A stretch of DNA of 64,000 nucleotides from assembly GCF_001194135.2 (NCBI RefSeq), contig NC_068987.1:84244762-84308761 (forward strand). Reading direction: 5' to 3'. The stretch is from Octopus bimaculoides. Taxonomy: Eukaryota. Below are positions 63,151 through 64,000 of this stretch, piece by piece (position 1 is the stretch's first letter; every line of letters starts with the position of its first letter). The notes below the pieces were generated by a model, which was not told the origin of the DNA, made no database searches, and saw only the letters and a list, made by a program, of their open reading frames with translations. The position numbers and the translations under genes were made by a program.

Positions 63151-64000
63151 AGAATCTTTGTAAGCTTTGGGCCAAATTTAGTCGATAATGTTCCCTCTGT
63201 GGCTCTGCCTTTTTCATCCATGATATCAAGGATGTTTGCGATACATATCATATACAGTTGCGGATTGGTTGCATTGGAATGTATGTAAGACTTCTTGAGT
63301 TGTTACACCTACATTGGATAAAGTAGCATTTACATGTAACTGTCCTTAGTCTGATGCCAGCTGAGTAAGTTTATGGAAATATGACCATACGGATCACTCT
63401 TGAATCACCCACACATCCTAGCTTCTGTATTTGACACTTTTTTGTCCAAGAGAATGTATTTGGGAATATTTAAATAAAGAACGTTTGAGTCTCCGACTCT
63501 TGCACATTTAGTTAGCCCCACCGTTCCCACTCGTGCTACTATAACTGTCTCTCTTGGGGTCTTTACGATTTTGGGATCTTTTAGAAATTGAACACCGTCA
63601 TCTAGGCGTTATAATCAGGGATGATTAATTCCCTGCTCTTTCCAGTTAGTACAACTACTTATATCATTACACTTTTCAGAGCCCACTCTCTCTGATCCGC
63701 AGCCTCCTTGAAGTAACCTCTGCTGCCTCCAGATCTTGGTGTCTGCTACCTACTGGCCCTTGCGATGCCAAACATGTAGTCTTTGTCGATGGAAGTGCCC
63801 CCAGCCCTTCCTCTGAATCCCACTTCTATACGATTGCACATTATTTTCCACCCATTGCTTCGACATAACTCCATAATCTCAGTAAATTGTATTCATGTCA
63901 TCACTTTTGATTTGTCAATATGTTAATCTCAGTGAATGAAGAGTTCTACCAGCACAACCTGCTTAAATGCTTCATACATCAGCGATATGACTGTATTAGT

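Overview
AT-rich eukaryotic draft-assembly window with about 21 N-gaps, most of them next to microsatellites. The repeat families look like those I recall from Octopus / coleoid cephalopod genomes; this is an inference, not a database result. No complete, recognisable protein-coding gene is present, and most ORF-track entries are microsatellite or N artefacts. The window is dominated by three tRNA-head SINE-like families (here called A, B and C; about 30 copies) and by compound microsatellites. It also holds decayed autonomous elements: a CR1-like LINE, three R2/R4(Dong)-like LINE pieces, a probable RTE-like LINE, a Penelope-like RT fragment, a Tc1 transposase with DD36E spacing, a mariner-like MITE and a possible solo LTR. 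The most interesting signals are: (1) a well-formed minimal type I hammerhead ribozyme on the minus strand (42218-42269), followed by three tandem units that start exactly at its predicted cleavage site; (2) several near-perfect fold-back inverted duplications, one with pre-miRNA-like geometry; (3) a duplicated E-box/CCAAT/TATA promoter-like module at 44.7-44.9 kb upstream of two candidate minus-strand exons whose spliced product resembles the connexin extracellular-loop signature, possibly by chance; and (4) a SINE dimer enclosed by a single 18-bp target-site duplication. All exon calls are low-confidence and rest on splice signals only.
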